IMG/VR virus record: IMGVR_UViG_2737471844_000004
Span: 1 to 13,401 of that record
Source: a virus
Taxonomy: Duplodnaviria > Heunggongvirae > Uroviricota > Caudoviricetes
Strand: one strand, 5' to 3'
Length of the DNA: 13,401 bases
The translations under genes were made by a program, and so were the position numbers. Under the pieces are notes generated by a model. It was given only the letters and a program-made list of their open reading frames with translations. It was not told where the DNA came from and searched no databases. Shown piece by piece: positions 1 through 7,288 of the stretch; the first letter of the stretch is position 1; every line of letters starts with the position of its first letter.

Positions 1-51
1 ATGTGTTGTAAAATCAGTCGAAGCCTAACAAGTGTGAATGACCTTTTAACC

Positions 52-762
52 ATGACGCAAGTGTTCAATGTTTACTGTGATGAGTCCTGCCATTTAGAAA
101 ATGATGGTCAAAAAGCAATGGTGCTCGGGGCTGTTTGGTGTCCTCTCAATAAGAGGTTTGGTATTGCTAATCGAATACGAGAGATAAAGCTCAAACATGG
201 CTTGGACCCACGTTTTGAAGTCAAATGGACTAAGGTTGGGGCTTCTAAAATTGAGTTTTATAAAGATTTGGTGGATTACTTCTTTGATGATGATGATCTT
301 CATTTCCGGGGATTGGTTATTCCTGACAAAACTCAGCTAAAGCATGATGATTTCGATCAAAGTCATGATGACTGGTACTATAAAATGTATTTTGTCATGT
401 TGAAAACTATTTTTGAGCCAGGAAGTCAATATAGAGTCTTTATTGATATAAAAGATACTCTTGGTCATGAGAAAATACTCAAGTTACATGATGTATTATG
501 TAACAATGCATATGATTTCTCTAGGAAAACAATTTCTAATATTAAGAGAATTAATTCTCATGAAGCTGAGCAATTGCAACTTGCTGATTTATTAATAGGT
601 GCCCTTAGTTATATGCATAGAGGTTTAAATGAAAGTAAGCCAAAACTTTTATTAATTAACAGGATCAGAGAAAGGAGCGGCTATAATCTAACCCAAAATA
701 CTTTGCTTCGAGAGTTAAAGTTTAATCTAATGATCTGGCAATCTAATGGGGGATGTCGATGA
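52..762 (+). CDS. DUF3800-like protein (family call from motif memory); start could instead be ATG at 1
   Basis: ORF 1..762; N-terminal MTQVFNVYCDES and later QLQLADLLIGALSY match the two motifs I recall for DUF3800 (N-terminal DES, C-terminal QxADxL). AT-rich. Stop TGA 760-762 overlaps next start (ATGA). Confidence 0.65.
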   Translation: MTQVFNVYCDESCHLENDGQKAMVLGAVWCPLNKRFGIANRIREIKLKHGLDPRFEVKWTKVGASKIEFYKDLVDYFFDDDDLHFRGLVIPDKTQLKHDDFDQSHDDWYYKMYFVMLKTIFEPGSQYRVFIDIKDTLGHEKILKLHDVLCNNAYDFSRKTISNIKRINSHEAEQLQLADLLIGALSYMHRGLNESKPKLLLINRIRERSGYNLTQNTLLRELKFNLMIWQSNGGCR

Positions 763-1244
763 GTCCGGTTTGGCTACCCGAGCAAATTTTATTAGAACAC
801 TATCAAGGTGAGTGGGAGGCCTACTTTGATAGTGTTTATCAAGCATTCCACCGCGATTTCGTTTTATCTAAACCAGTTTTTCGTGGCGTTCGATTAGGAT
901 TGAAACGTCATCCAGAATATGAAGGTAAATCAGCCACATTCTGGCATATGATTAGCACTGGAAATGTAGAAAGTGAGAGAGTGCCGGATATTCGGCGCTG
1001 CGAAAGAATTAGTTGGCCTAAGCCTGTTATAGATAATAGTACCGATACCTGTTTGAAAGTCTGGGCTGAGCCCAAAGGTAAAAATAGACGTATCCACATT
1101 TGGTTTGAGGATGAGGGATATCTGGTGGTTTTAGATGATAGAGGCGATTTTATGCTTCCATGGACAGCGTTTTATATTGAACATAACCATCAACGAAAGA
1201 AATACAATAAGAGATGGGAAAGACACAATCATAACGGTATTTGA
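759..1244 (+). CDS. Hypothetical protein, translationally coupled partner of the DUF3800-like gene
   Basis: ORF 753..1244; ATG at 759 has GGGGGA 6 nt upstream and overlaps the upstream stop. No recognisable motif. AT-rich like its partner. Confidence 0.6.
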   Translation: MSPVWLPEQILLEHYQGEWEAYFDSVYQAFHRDFVLSKPVFRGVRLGLKRHPEYEGKSATFWHMISTGNVESERVPDIRRCERISWPKPVIDNSTDTCLKVWAEPKGKNRRIHIWFEDEGYLVVLDDRGDFMLPWTAFYIEHNHQRKKYNKRWERHNHNGI

Positions 1245-1548
1245 TAGTAGGCTGGCCGCGCCCTTCCTAGAAGGACGGGGCCGTAACTCCTTCTACACTT
1301 ACGCTAGAAGCTGGTAGATGAGATAGCCTAACTTTAAGTAAACCTGCCTTGCGAGTCAATTAACATTAGAAAGCGATTATGTAAATGTGGATGCTGACTT
1401 GGCGAAAAATCCTTATAAATCAATAGATAGTAGGTTTATTTTCAACTCATAGTTTTTGACTATTAATAGTATGTTATCTATCTAAAAAAAGTTTTCTGTA
1501 TTCATCGCAAAATCAATACTGCTTTAGCATTGTAGTTAGCCATCAGTT

Positions 1549-1575
1549 GCAAAAAGCCTTACCCGTAGGCTTAAC
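1549..1575 (-). terminator. Possible intrinsic terminator downstream of the 59-aa gene
   Basis: On the minus strand AAGCCT-acgggta-AGGCTT followed by TTTGC; the stem is short (6 bp). Confidence 0.3.
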
Positions 1576-1611
1576 GTTTGGCTTGGCTGTAGTCTTACCG
1601 TAACGCTCCGC

Positions 1612-1791
1612 TCACCGTCGTGGCCTGTCCGGTTTCTTCCACTGATACGGCCTCACATCATCCTGCTGGTGGCGTTCCTGTTGCAGCACAACGGAAACAG
1701 GCGCTGAACACCTGTTAATTTTGCTTGCTGGTTGTTTGATTTCGGCAATGCTGCGGATCATCTCCAGCATATCGGCTTCGGTGATGGTCAT
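1612..1791 (-). CDS. Small hypothetical protein (59 aa), below the ORF-track cutoff
   Basis: Hand translation of the minus strand: MTITEADMLEMIRSIAEIKQPASKINRCSAPVSVVLQQERHQQDDVRPYQWKKPDRPRR, stop TGA (plus 1612-1614). SD AAGGTG 6 nt upstream of the ATG (plus 1789-1791). Confidence 0.4.
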   Translation of the reverse strand: MTITEADMLEMIRSIAEIKQPASKINRCSAPVSVVLQQERHQQDDVRPYQWKKPDRPRR

Positions 1792-1823
1792 GATTTACAC
1801 CTTAGGAAATCTTAGGGGGCTGG

Positions 1824-2080
1824 TTGACACTTTCCGGCTTAAGACCTTAACAAACCTTAACATCGCAGGTTGACACACTTGACACTTTTTCGCGAAAAAC
1901 CTTATCAAACCTTAGCATTTCTAAGCATGGCAACTTGACACTTTTCGCGATTTTTTTCGGCTTTTTGACGTGGTAAATCTGGCGCAAGGCCAGTAACGGC
2001 GGGGCTTACAGCGAGGTTGACACTTTTTCGCGTTCAGAGTGTAAAGTGTCAACCCGGCAAGCTGCTCAACTTGACACTTT
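1824..2080. repeat. Array of TTGACAC(TTTTTCGCG) motifs with a second ACCTTA(A/T)CAAACCTTA family; candidate packaging-recognition or protein-binding site
   Basis: TTGACAC at 1824, 1870, 1879, 1935, 2017 and 2071, an inverted copy GTGTCAA at 2046-2052, and a TTGACG variant at 1965. Three copies carry the extension TTTT(T)CGCG. CCTTAACAAACCTTAAC at 1844 and CCTTATCAAACCTTAGC at 1891. Spacing is irregular. Lies directly 3' of the TerS-like gene. Confidence 0.6.
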
Positions 2081-2086
2081 TTGATG

Positions 2087-2614
2087 TCATTGATGGTCTG
2101 ATTTTTCCCATTCAGCTAGGGCGTTTAGCCCGGCTTCACTCCATGATTCCAGTTCATCGGCATAATCACCTGCAACATAGCAGAGTTCGCAACGCAGCAT
2201 ACTAATTGCCAGCCTGGCATTACCTCGCAAATTGTATTGTTCAAAGTAATGCTGCCCGTCGCAATCCTCAAGGCAGATAGCACCATCATCAAGAAATTGC
2301 ACTTCCCAGCCTAATTCCCCGGCTGCATCCAGCACACGCTGCTGTATGCCCTCGTCCGTTGCTGGCGCAGGAATTTTACCGTCTCTGGCCTTAACTGCTT
2401 TCCAGAACTCGCCCCACGTCATTTCCAGCGTTCTCTCTGGCCACATTTCAGAAACTGTGTCTTTTCCCTGTGCTGGTGGGCTGTTCCGCTGCTCTGTCGC
2501 TTCCACATCGATTTTTTTACCGGACATGACCACTTCGCCTTTCTCGATCCAGTCGTAAACTGTCTGGCGGCTTACGCCTTTGTGTTTGGCATATTCTGCC
2601 TTACTCATCAGCAT
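2087..2614 (-). CDS. TerS-like / Nu1-like HTH DNA-binding protein with C-terminal Cys4 cluster; candidate packaging-redirecting (Rpp-like) protein
   Basis: ORF 2087..2614. N-terminus MSKAEYAKHKGVSRQTVYDWIEKG has the HTH pattern of small terminase N-termini. C-terminal C-x3-C-x23-C-x2-C (CLEDC ... CELC). Last gene of the operon, 4 nt after the upstream stop. Confidence 0.55.
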   Translation of the reverse strand: MLMSKAEYAKHKGVSRQTVYDWIEKGEVVMSGKKIDVEATEQRNSPPAQGKDTVSEMWPERTLEMTWGEFWKAVKARDGKIPAPATDEGIQQRVLDAAGELGWEVQFLDDGAICLEDCDGQHYFEQYNLRGNARLAISMLRCELCYVAGDYADELESWSEAGLNALAEWEKSDHQ

Positions 2615-2620
2615 TATGAC

Positions 2621-3292
2621 TCACCCTTCTTTTTCCAGTTGAGCCAGCCGCCCGGATATTTCTTCCAGTTTTTCCAGGGCTGGCTTGCAGGCCGCATCAA
2701 TAACGTCCCGGACCATTCCGGCAAGCTGTTCTTCTGCTGTCGGCGTTGTTACTTCCACGCCCGATGGTTTCCCGCCCTTATCCCAAACACCAAGCGGCAC
2801 GAGCGCAACGTGATCGATAAGAAATGGCGTACCCTCAATAAAAAAATTGTCCTCGCCCATTACATCAGGAACTTCTGCCCCACCTGAGGCACCACAAAAC
2901 ACAACCGACGGACTGGTGGATACCTCCCCTCGGGCTTTCTGGATGTAATCGATGATTTCCTGTCCGTAAATCCGGCATACGCCCCACACCTCGTCACCGC
3001 GAATATACGGCAACATGACGGTGCCAATAATGCGCGACCGTTCGCCCACGTCTTCAAGGGTTTTGCTTTCGGGATGGTCGATAATGACGGGTACTCCGGC
3101 GCAACGTTCCAGGAACTGCGGATTGAGATAAGTTTGCGGTGAACGCCAGACAAATTCTTTTTCTTCGGCGCGGTAGGCCATTCCGGTTCCTGTGATACGC
3201 AGGTTAACCAGCCACATGTTGGAAAACTGATAAGGCGACGGTAGCTGTCCGTCCCGAATCTGCTTCGCCGCCTCAATTTCTGTTAAAAGCAT
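2621..3292 (-). CDS. Hypothetical protein; weak prohead-protease-like pattern plus C-terminal coiled-coil-like tail
   Basis: ORF 2621..3292. VPVIIDHPES ... IIGTV ... GEVSTSPSVVF loosely recalls HK97-type prohead protease His and Ser regions; C-terminus PALEKLEEISGRLAQLEKEG looks scaffold-like. Weak RBS. Confidence 0.55.
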   Translation of the reverse strand: MLLTEIEAAKQIRDGQLPSPYQFSNMWLVNLRITGTGMAYRAEEKEFVWRSPQTYLNPQFLERCAGVPVIIDHPESKTLEDVGERSRIIGTVMLPYIRGDEVWGVCRIYGQEIIDYIQKARGEVSTSPSVVFCGASGGAEVPDVMGEDNFFIEGTPFLIDHVALVPLGVWDKGGKPSGVEVTTPTAEEQLAGMVRDVIDAACKPALEKLEEISGRLAQLEKEG

Positions 3293-3356
3293 AATGTTAT
3301 CCGGTTATAAGCAATAAGCCCCGCCAAATCCGGCAGGGCTGAACTCAGCACGTTTT

Positions 3357-3935
3357 TCATGCCCCCGCGAGGCTTGCAACGTTAATTTTGACCAGGCGAC
3401 GGGGAGGGATTTTGAAGGCGTTCAGCCAGACGTTCGGATCTCCCTGATATTCAGTAATACGACGACCAGCTTCATCCATTCTTACGGTTTTACCCAAATG
3501 GCCCGGCGTGTTTTCCACGGCCCACTGAGCACTTTCCTGAGCAGCCTTGTAAATCTGATCTTCCAGCACCGCCAGCGTTGCAGAATCTGAAACGGAACGA
3601 ATATCCACATCACTGAATTTTTTAGCCAGCTTCTGTGCGCCAATTAATGCACGTTTGCGGTAATCCATCGACTTTTCACCAGCAAACGGGGCCGGAGCGC
3701 GACGGCCCATATTGCTGTATGCGGAATCCGCTTTAGCCTGGGCTTCTGCCAGTGAGGATTCATCTTCGACTGACGCGACGATGTTTTGATTAGCGTTATC
3801 CTCTTTTATGAAATCCTGTGCGGGGATCGCATTCAGAATTTCGATAATCTCCTGCGGAGTGCTTCCCTGCGACTCTGACAGAGCGTTAACCACCTCCATC
3901 AGTTTTAATCGCAAATCTTCTTTGCTTGCTGGCAT
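3357..3935 (-). CDS. Hypothetical protein (192 aa from internal ATG), morphogenesis/packaging module by position
   Basis: ORF 3357..3944 opens at GTG; the ATG at plus 3933-3935 follows GAGAGGTGG at good spacing. No family recognised. Confidence 0.6.
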   Translation of the reverse strand: MPASKEDLRLKLMEVVNALSESQGSTPQEIIEILNAIPAQDFIKEDNANQNIVASVEDESSLAEAQAKADSAYSNMGRRAPAPFAGEKSMDYRKRALIGAQKLAKKFSDVDIRSVSDSATLAVLEDQIYKAAQESAQWAVENTPGHLGKTVRMDEAGRRITEYQGDPNVWLNAFKIPPRRLVKINVASLAGA

Positions 3936-3974
3936 TTTTACCACCTCTCTTTTTTCACCAAAAAATCACGACCA

Positions 3975-4148
3975 TCAGGCCGGACGTTCTACGGGATAAA
4001 GCGCCCGCTGCATTAAACGCCGGGCGACCTCATGAATGCTCGGAGCAATCCCCAGCGGAGAATTGCGGCGTTCCTCGTCCTGGATGCGCTGTAATGCTTC
4101 AATCTGATCACGAGCGAGTAAAACGGGTTTCACGCTGGCTTTTCTCAT
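3975..4148 (-). CDS. Small putative DNA-binding protein (RHH-like pattern), first gene of the module
   Basis: ORF 3975..4172; preferred start MRKASVK at 4148 with AGGAGA 7 nt upstream. Pattern beta-strand KPVLLARDQ followed by two helices. Confidence 0.5.
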   Translation of the reverse strand: MRKASVKPVLLARDQIEALQRIQDEERRNSPLGIAPSIHEVARRLMQRALYPVERPA

Positions 4149-4270
4149 AGTCATATCTCCTGAACAAAACAATGATTATGATTGCACAAACTGAAATGAC
4201 GATCTACATCATTGCAATTTATGAAACAATAACGCATGATGATCGCGTTCTTCCCATTGACTTCAATCAC

Positions 4271-4313
4271 CTGCAAAAATAAAACCCGCAACACTTCTGG
4301 CTGCGGGTTTTTT
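4271..4313. terminator. Bidirectional rho-independent terminator
   Basis: AACCCGCA-(11 nt loop)-TGCGGGTT at 4283-4309, flanked by an A-run (4271-4282) on one side and a T-run (4308-4313) on the other, so it has a U-tract on either strand. Confidence 0.7.
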
Positions 4314-4321
4314 ACTGGCAC

Positions 4322-4345
4322 AAAAAAGCCGGGAAAAATCCCGGC
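4322..4345 (-). terminator. Intrinsic terminator directly after the PerC-like gene
   Basis: GCCGGG-aaaaat-CCCGGC at 4328-4345, preceded on the plus strand by A6 (4322-4327), which gives a U-run on the minus-strand transcript. Sits 6 nt past the stop at 4351. Confidence 0.65.
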
Positions 4346-4350
4346 CTCCG

Positions 4351-4638
4351 TCACTGACTGCAATTTTTCGATCCAGGGTATTTCCTGAATGCCTTACCAT
4401 TGGGCTGATGTAATCCCATCCCGGCATGTGCCCGGCTGATGGTTTCGCGCATCTCCCCGAAATTATCCTGCCGTGCTGGTGGGCGTGCTGCCTTGCGGAT
4501 ACATTCCGCGCGACGTTTTGCCGCCTGTTCCCGTGCCTTGTCATCATTCGCCAGCATGATGACCTCAGCCCACCGCGCCGCCGCTCTCCGGTACAGACCA
4601 CGCGCTTCCAGTGCTTCCGCTTTGCTGTCGTGAATCAT
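4351..4638 (-). CDS. PerC-family-like transcriptional regulator
   Basis: ORF 4351..4638. N-terminus MIHDSKAEALEARGLYRRAAARWAEV and KRRAECIRKA match the PerC/Pch signature as I recall it. Start ATG overlaps the FinO-like stop (ATGA). Confidence 0.6.
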   Translation of the reverse strand: MIHDSKAEALEARGLYRRAAARWAEVIMLANDDKAREQAAKRRAECIRKAARPPARQDNFGEMRETISRAHAGMGLHQPNGKAFRKYPGSKNCSQ

Positions 4639-5231
4639 GCGCCTGTTTTCTCCTTTGCTGCCCGGCGCTGACGTTTGCGCTTCTCATTCAGCGCCACCAG
4701 CCGCGTTTCTGCGTCCTGTTGTTCCTGTGGTGTCACCTCGCCGCACGGCTGGCCTTTCAGGTCGTAGCGTACCCCACCAGCCATTAAGGCGCGGTAATAG
4801 CGCGGACACTGCGCATAAGATGCCAGCGTCGCACGTAATGCCCCTGGCCCGAATGCCAGCCCCCTGACGGCGAGATCCTGCATCAGGTCGTCGAATATCC
4901 CCACCTTAAGCGGCTTCGGTGCTTCCCGGCTGAATAATTCAGGCCACAACTCAGTGAGGCGGTTAATGCGCCTGCGGTTTTTTCGCTGCCGTTTGGTCAT
5001 ATGCCGCCACGGTGTCGCCCCTGTGGGCTTCTGCTGCGCTTTCTGGTTACCGGGCATCACTTTATGCGCCGATGTGGTTTTATCCTGCTGCTGCTGCTGC
5101 TGCTGCTGCTGCGCCGCCTGCGTCGTTTTCTGCGGCGTGCCGTAAATGCCTTTCGGTTTTCTGTTAATAGTCAGCTTAGTCATGCTTTGCCCCATCGTTT
5201 TTACTGATTGTTTCATATCCGGTACTTTCAT
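4635..5231 (-). CDS. FinO/ProQ-domain RNA-binding protein with N-terminal poly-Q tract; start codon uncertain
   Basis: ORF 4635..5231. LWPELFSREAPKPLKVGIFDDLMQDL ... YDLKGQPCGEVTPQEQQDAETRL parallels the ProQ N-terminal/FinO domain. Q9 run encoded by the repeat at 5086-5112. No clear SD at the first ATG; internal ATGs are possible starts. Confidence 0.7.
   Translation of the reverse strand: MKVPDMKQSVKTMGQSMTKLTINRKPKGIYGTPQKTTQAAQQQQQQQQQDKTTSAHKVMPGNQKAQQKPTGATPWRHMTKRQRKNRRRINRLTELWPELFSREAPKPLKVGIFDDLMQDLAVRGLAFGPGALRATLASYAQCPRYYRALMAGGVRYDLKGQPCGEVTPQEQQDAETRLVALNEKRKRQRRAAKEKTGA
5086..5112. repeat. Perfect (CTG)9 / (CAG)9 trinucleotide repeat, in frame within the FinO-like CDS
   Basis: Plus strand reads CTG nine times from 5086 to 5112. 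Confidence 0.95.
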
Positions 5232-5236
5232 CTTCT

Positions 5237-5522
5237 GGGTAGAGGGGTAGACGGCGGGTAGATAACAAAAAATAGTCCTCTACCCACTTAACTTAATGAA
5301 AAAAAACAACTTTCACACATTAGGTAGAGGGGTAGACCGTAAAATAGAAAAGTTTGAAACTTACTTTCTTACAATCTGTGTTTTCCTCTCGCTGTATAAA
5401 AAGTTTTTTGAGCGGGGATGTTGTCTACCCCTCTACCCACTTCTCTGAAAGCCTTGTGCTACGAGGGATTCAGCGGGTAGACAATAAAAAATCACCATCT
5501 ACCCTGTGTCTACCCATCTACC
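5237..5522. repeat. Iteron cluster flanking AT-rich spacers; candidate replication origin
   Basis: About 12 copies of GGTAGA(N)/TCTACC in both orientations (5237-5264, 5277-5287, 5321-5338, 5423-5440, 5473-5483, 5497-5522), including the inverted pair AGGTAGAGGGGTAGAC / GTCTACCCCTCTACCC around an AT-rich core. Immediately 3' of the primase-helicase gene. Confidence 0.65.
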
Positions 5523-5539
5523 TGTTACGGGTATTACTC

Positions 5540-7288
5540 TTATAAAAATTCCTCGGTTCTCTCCGTTTGTATAACGTTGGTTTGTATTCGTCCTTTAAAA
5601 CCTCTTGTCAGGTATTCAGCCCCATATTCTCTTGCTGCTGACTTCATGGCCTTACCAAAATCACCGACACTTAATATTTCTTCTTCCCCCATATACTCCA
5701 TAAAGGCGAGATATAGTCTGTACAGGCTTGTACGCGGATTAAGATCAGTTAATCTCTTACCGCCTCCCATCATCATCCCATGCGGTTCATCAAGAAATGC
5801 AAGCGCCGCACATAACCCAATGACAGGATCAGTTTCCTGTTTTATTTTCAGAGCTTCGGCACCGTCGCGCTGCTCCAACAATAATTCCCGTGCTTTTTCT
5901 GGATCGGAAAAGTTAGCCAGTAATCGACGAATAATGACAGGTATTTCCGCCGCTATCTTTTGCGGTAACTCTTTATCCTTTTCGGTCTCCCTTACAATAT
6001 TATCGAACCGAAAAATTACACGTCGACGCGCAACGCCTCCGGCCCGTTCGGTGAATGTCATCGGCACGTTATTTGTTGCCAGCACGACGGACCTGATAAT
6101 TGTTGTGAAACGCTTTTCATATTTCGGGTTAATTTCAACTGGATCTCCACCCGTTATTTTTTTGATGCCGGATCCTTCACCTGTATATTTCGGCTGGTCT
6201 GCCAGGACAATAAGACGACTTCCGACAACCTGCGCACGCCCGCCAGCATCATCAAGCGATGTCATTTCAGCGCTTACCGTGTTCTGTTTCCCTGCCAGAA
6301 GGGTGGCTATGTGCGTGATTGTGCTCTTGCCGCTCCCGCCTTCCCCTGTGGCCTCAATAAACATCTGCCAGTCGTACCGGTTCGCCATAATCATGTACAG
6401 CGCGGCGCATATACGCATCATCTTTCGCGGGTCTTTTCCTGCGGCGTGATCAAGCCATTTATGAAAGTTTGGCGCGTTGTCGCGGATGTTCTCCCCTGGT
6501 ACTGGTGGCGTGTACTCAATGCCGTTATGCGTGGTGATCCAGTTATCCGGCGAGTGCGGGGAAAATTCGCCAGTTTTCATGTCAAGCACGCCATTAGAGA
6601 ACGGCAATAAATCACCTGACGGTTCCCCCATTGGCCTGGCCATAACTTTTAAAGCATCCACAGCATTACTTATTGCTCTCCGACTAAACGATGTTCCGTT
6701 TTCTTCGTAAATAGCCACCATTTCACGACTAAGATCCAGTGTGCTTACCGGAACCCAAAAATCATCGCGCCAGACGTGGACAACCTCACTCTCCTGATTC
6801 ATTGCTACATCCTGAAATCGTTCAGCTAAAAGTTTTGCCCTTTGGCTGTCCGCCATTCTGGAAAGAGATATTTTGTGTTTTTTCTCGGTCCTTCCTGACA
6901 GAATTTCTCCGCGCTCAGCCTGTTCGCGGATCCGTTGCAGGTAGTCGCGCCAGTTCTCCGGTTCCTGGTCGGTGATGCCTTTGTATAATTTCGCCTCCTG
7001 TACGCCAGCCAGCGCCAGCTTTTCAGCGATAGTATTGATCTGGATTGGCTCTATCTCCCCCGCGATATAGACACGCGCAAAACGGCGTTTCTCGTCAATA
7101 ATGCGGATATTCGCCAGGTCTGCCAGTTGCTTTGGCCCCAGGTAAACAGGAGGCACGTTATCGCCGTGTTTTCGTCCTTCACTTTCAATCCAGTGTTGAG
7201 CATGGGCGTAAGCATCCGTCCCGGCAAAAATGATTACCTCAGTGAATTTATCCTTCGGCTGATATTTTAGACTCGGTGCGTTTTTCAC
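5540..7288 (-). CDS. Primase / SF3 (D5-like) helicase replication initiator, P4 alpha-like
   Basis: ORF 5540..7288, 582 aa. Walker A GEGGSGKST, Walker B-like LIVLAD, motif C VLATNN. GTG start overlaps upstream stop (GTGA) with GGGAGG 6 nt upstream. Confidence 0.85.
   Translation of the reverse strand: MKNAPSLKYQPKDKFTEVIIFAGTDAYAHAQHWIESEGRKHGDNVPPVYLGPKQLADLANIRIIDEKRRFARVYIAGEIEPIQINTIAEKLALAGVQEAKLYKGITDQEPENWRDYLQRIREQAERGEILSGRTEKKHKISLSRMADSQRAKLLAERFQDVAMNQESEVVHVWRDDFWVPVSTLDLSREMVAIYEENGTSFSRRAISNAVDALKVMARPMGEPSGDLLPFSNGVLDMKTGEFSPHSPDNWITTHNGIEYTPPVPGENIRDNAPNFHKWLDHAAGKDPRKMMRICAALYMIMANRYDWQMFIEATGEGGSGKSTITHIATLLAGKQNTVSAEMTSLDDAGGRAQVVGSRLIVLADQPKYTGEGSGIKKITGGDPVEINPKYEKRFTTIIRSVVLATNNVPMTFTERAGGVARRRVIFRFDNIVRETEKDKELPQKIAAEIPVIIRRLLANFSDPEKARELLLEQRDGAEALKIKQETDPVIGLCAALAFLDEPHGMMMGGGKRLTDLNPRTSLYRLYLAFMEYMGEEEILSVGDFGKAMKSAAREYGAEYLTRGFKGRIQTNVIQTERTEEFL

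Noticed and set aside
760-767. GAGTCCGG, resembling part of a tRNA-Phe 3' end, as a possible att remnant
   Set aside because: Only an 8-nt match lacking the following GGCACCA, and inside a coding overlap. No tRNA gene or att direct repeat could be identified in the window.
1824-2080. Possible CRISPR array
   Set aside because: Repeat unit is short (7-16 nt), spacing is irregular (9 to about 80 nt), one copy is inverted and two repeat families interleave. No cas genes.
2860-3276. 138-aa minus-strand ORF in an alternate frame
   Set aside because: Lies entirely inside the 2621..3292 CDS on the same strand in another frame, with a basic junk-like translation.
3312-3340. Imperfect hairpin between the 192-aa and 223-aa genes as an attenuator
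   Set aside because: Stem includes a G-U pair and the U-tract is interrupted (UUAUUGCUU); too weak to call.
4019-4030. Lambda cosN-like sequence (GCCGGGCGACCT versus lambda GGGCGGCGACCT)
   Set aside because: Imperfect match, lies inside the 3975..4148 CDS and has no flanking cosB-like repeats; treated as coincidence.
4263-4867. Several overlapping ORFs on both strands (4263..4601, 4426..4671, 4439..4633, 4637..4867)
   Set aside because: They overlap the PerC-like and FinO-like genes or span the terminator hairpins; Arg/Ser/Ala-rich translations typical of off-frame GC-rich DNA.
5577-6449. 290-aa plus-strand ORF (also 6311..6610, 6477..6710, 6739..6975)
   Set aside because: Antisense to the well-supported primase-helicase gene; Ser/Pro/Arg-rich low-complexity translation and no RBS. 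Shadow ORFs.
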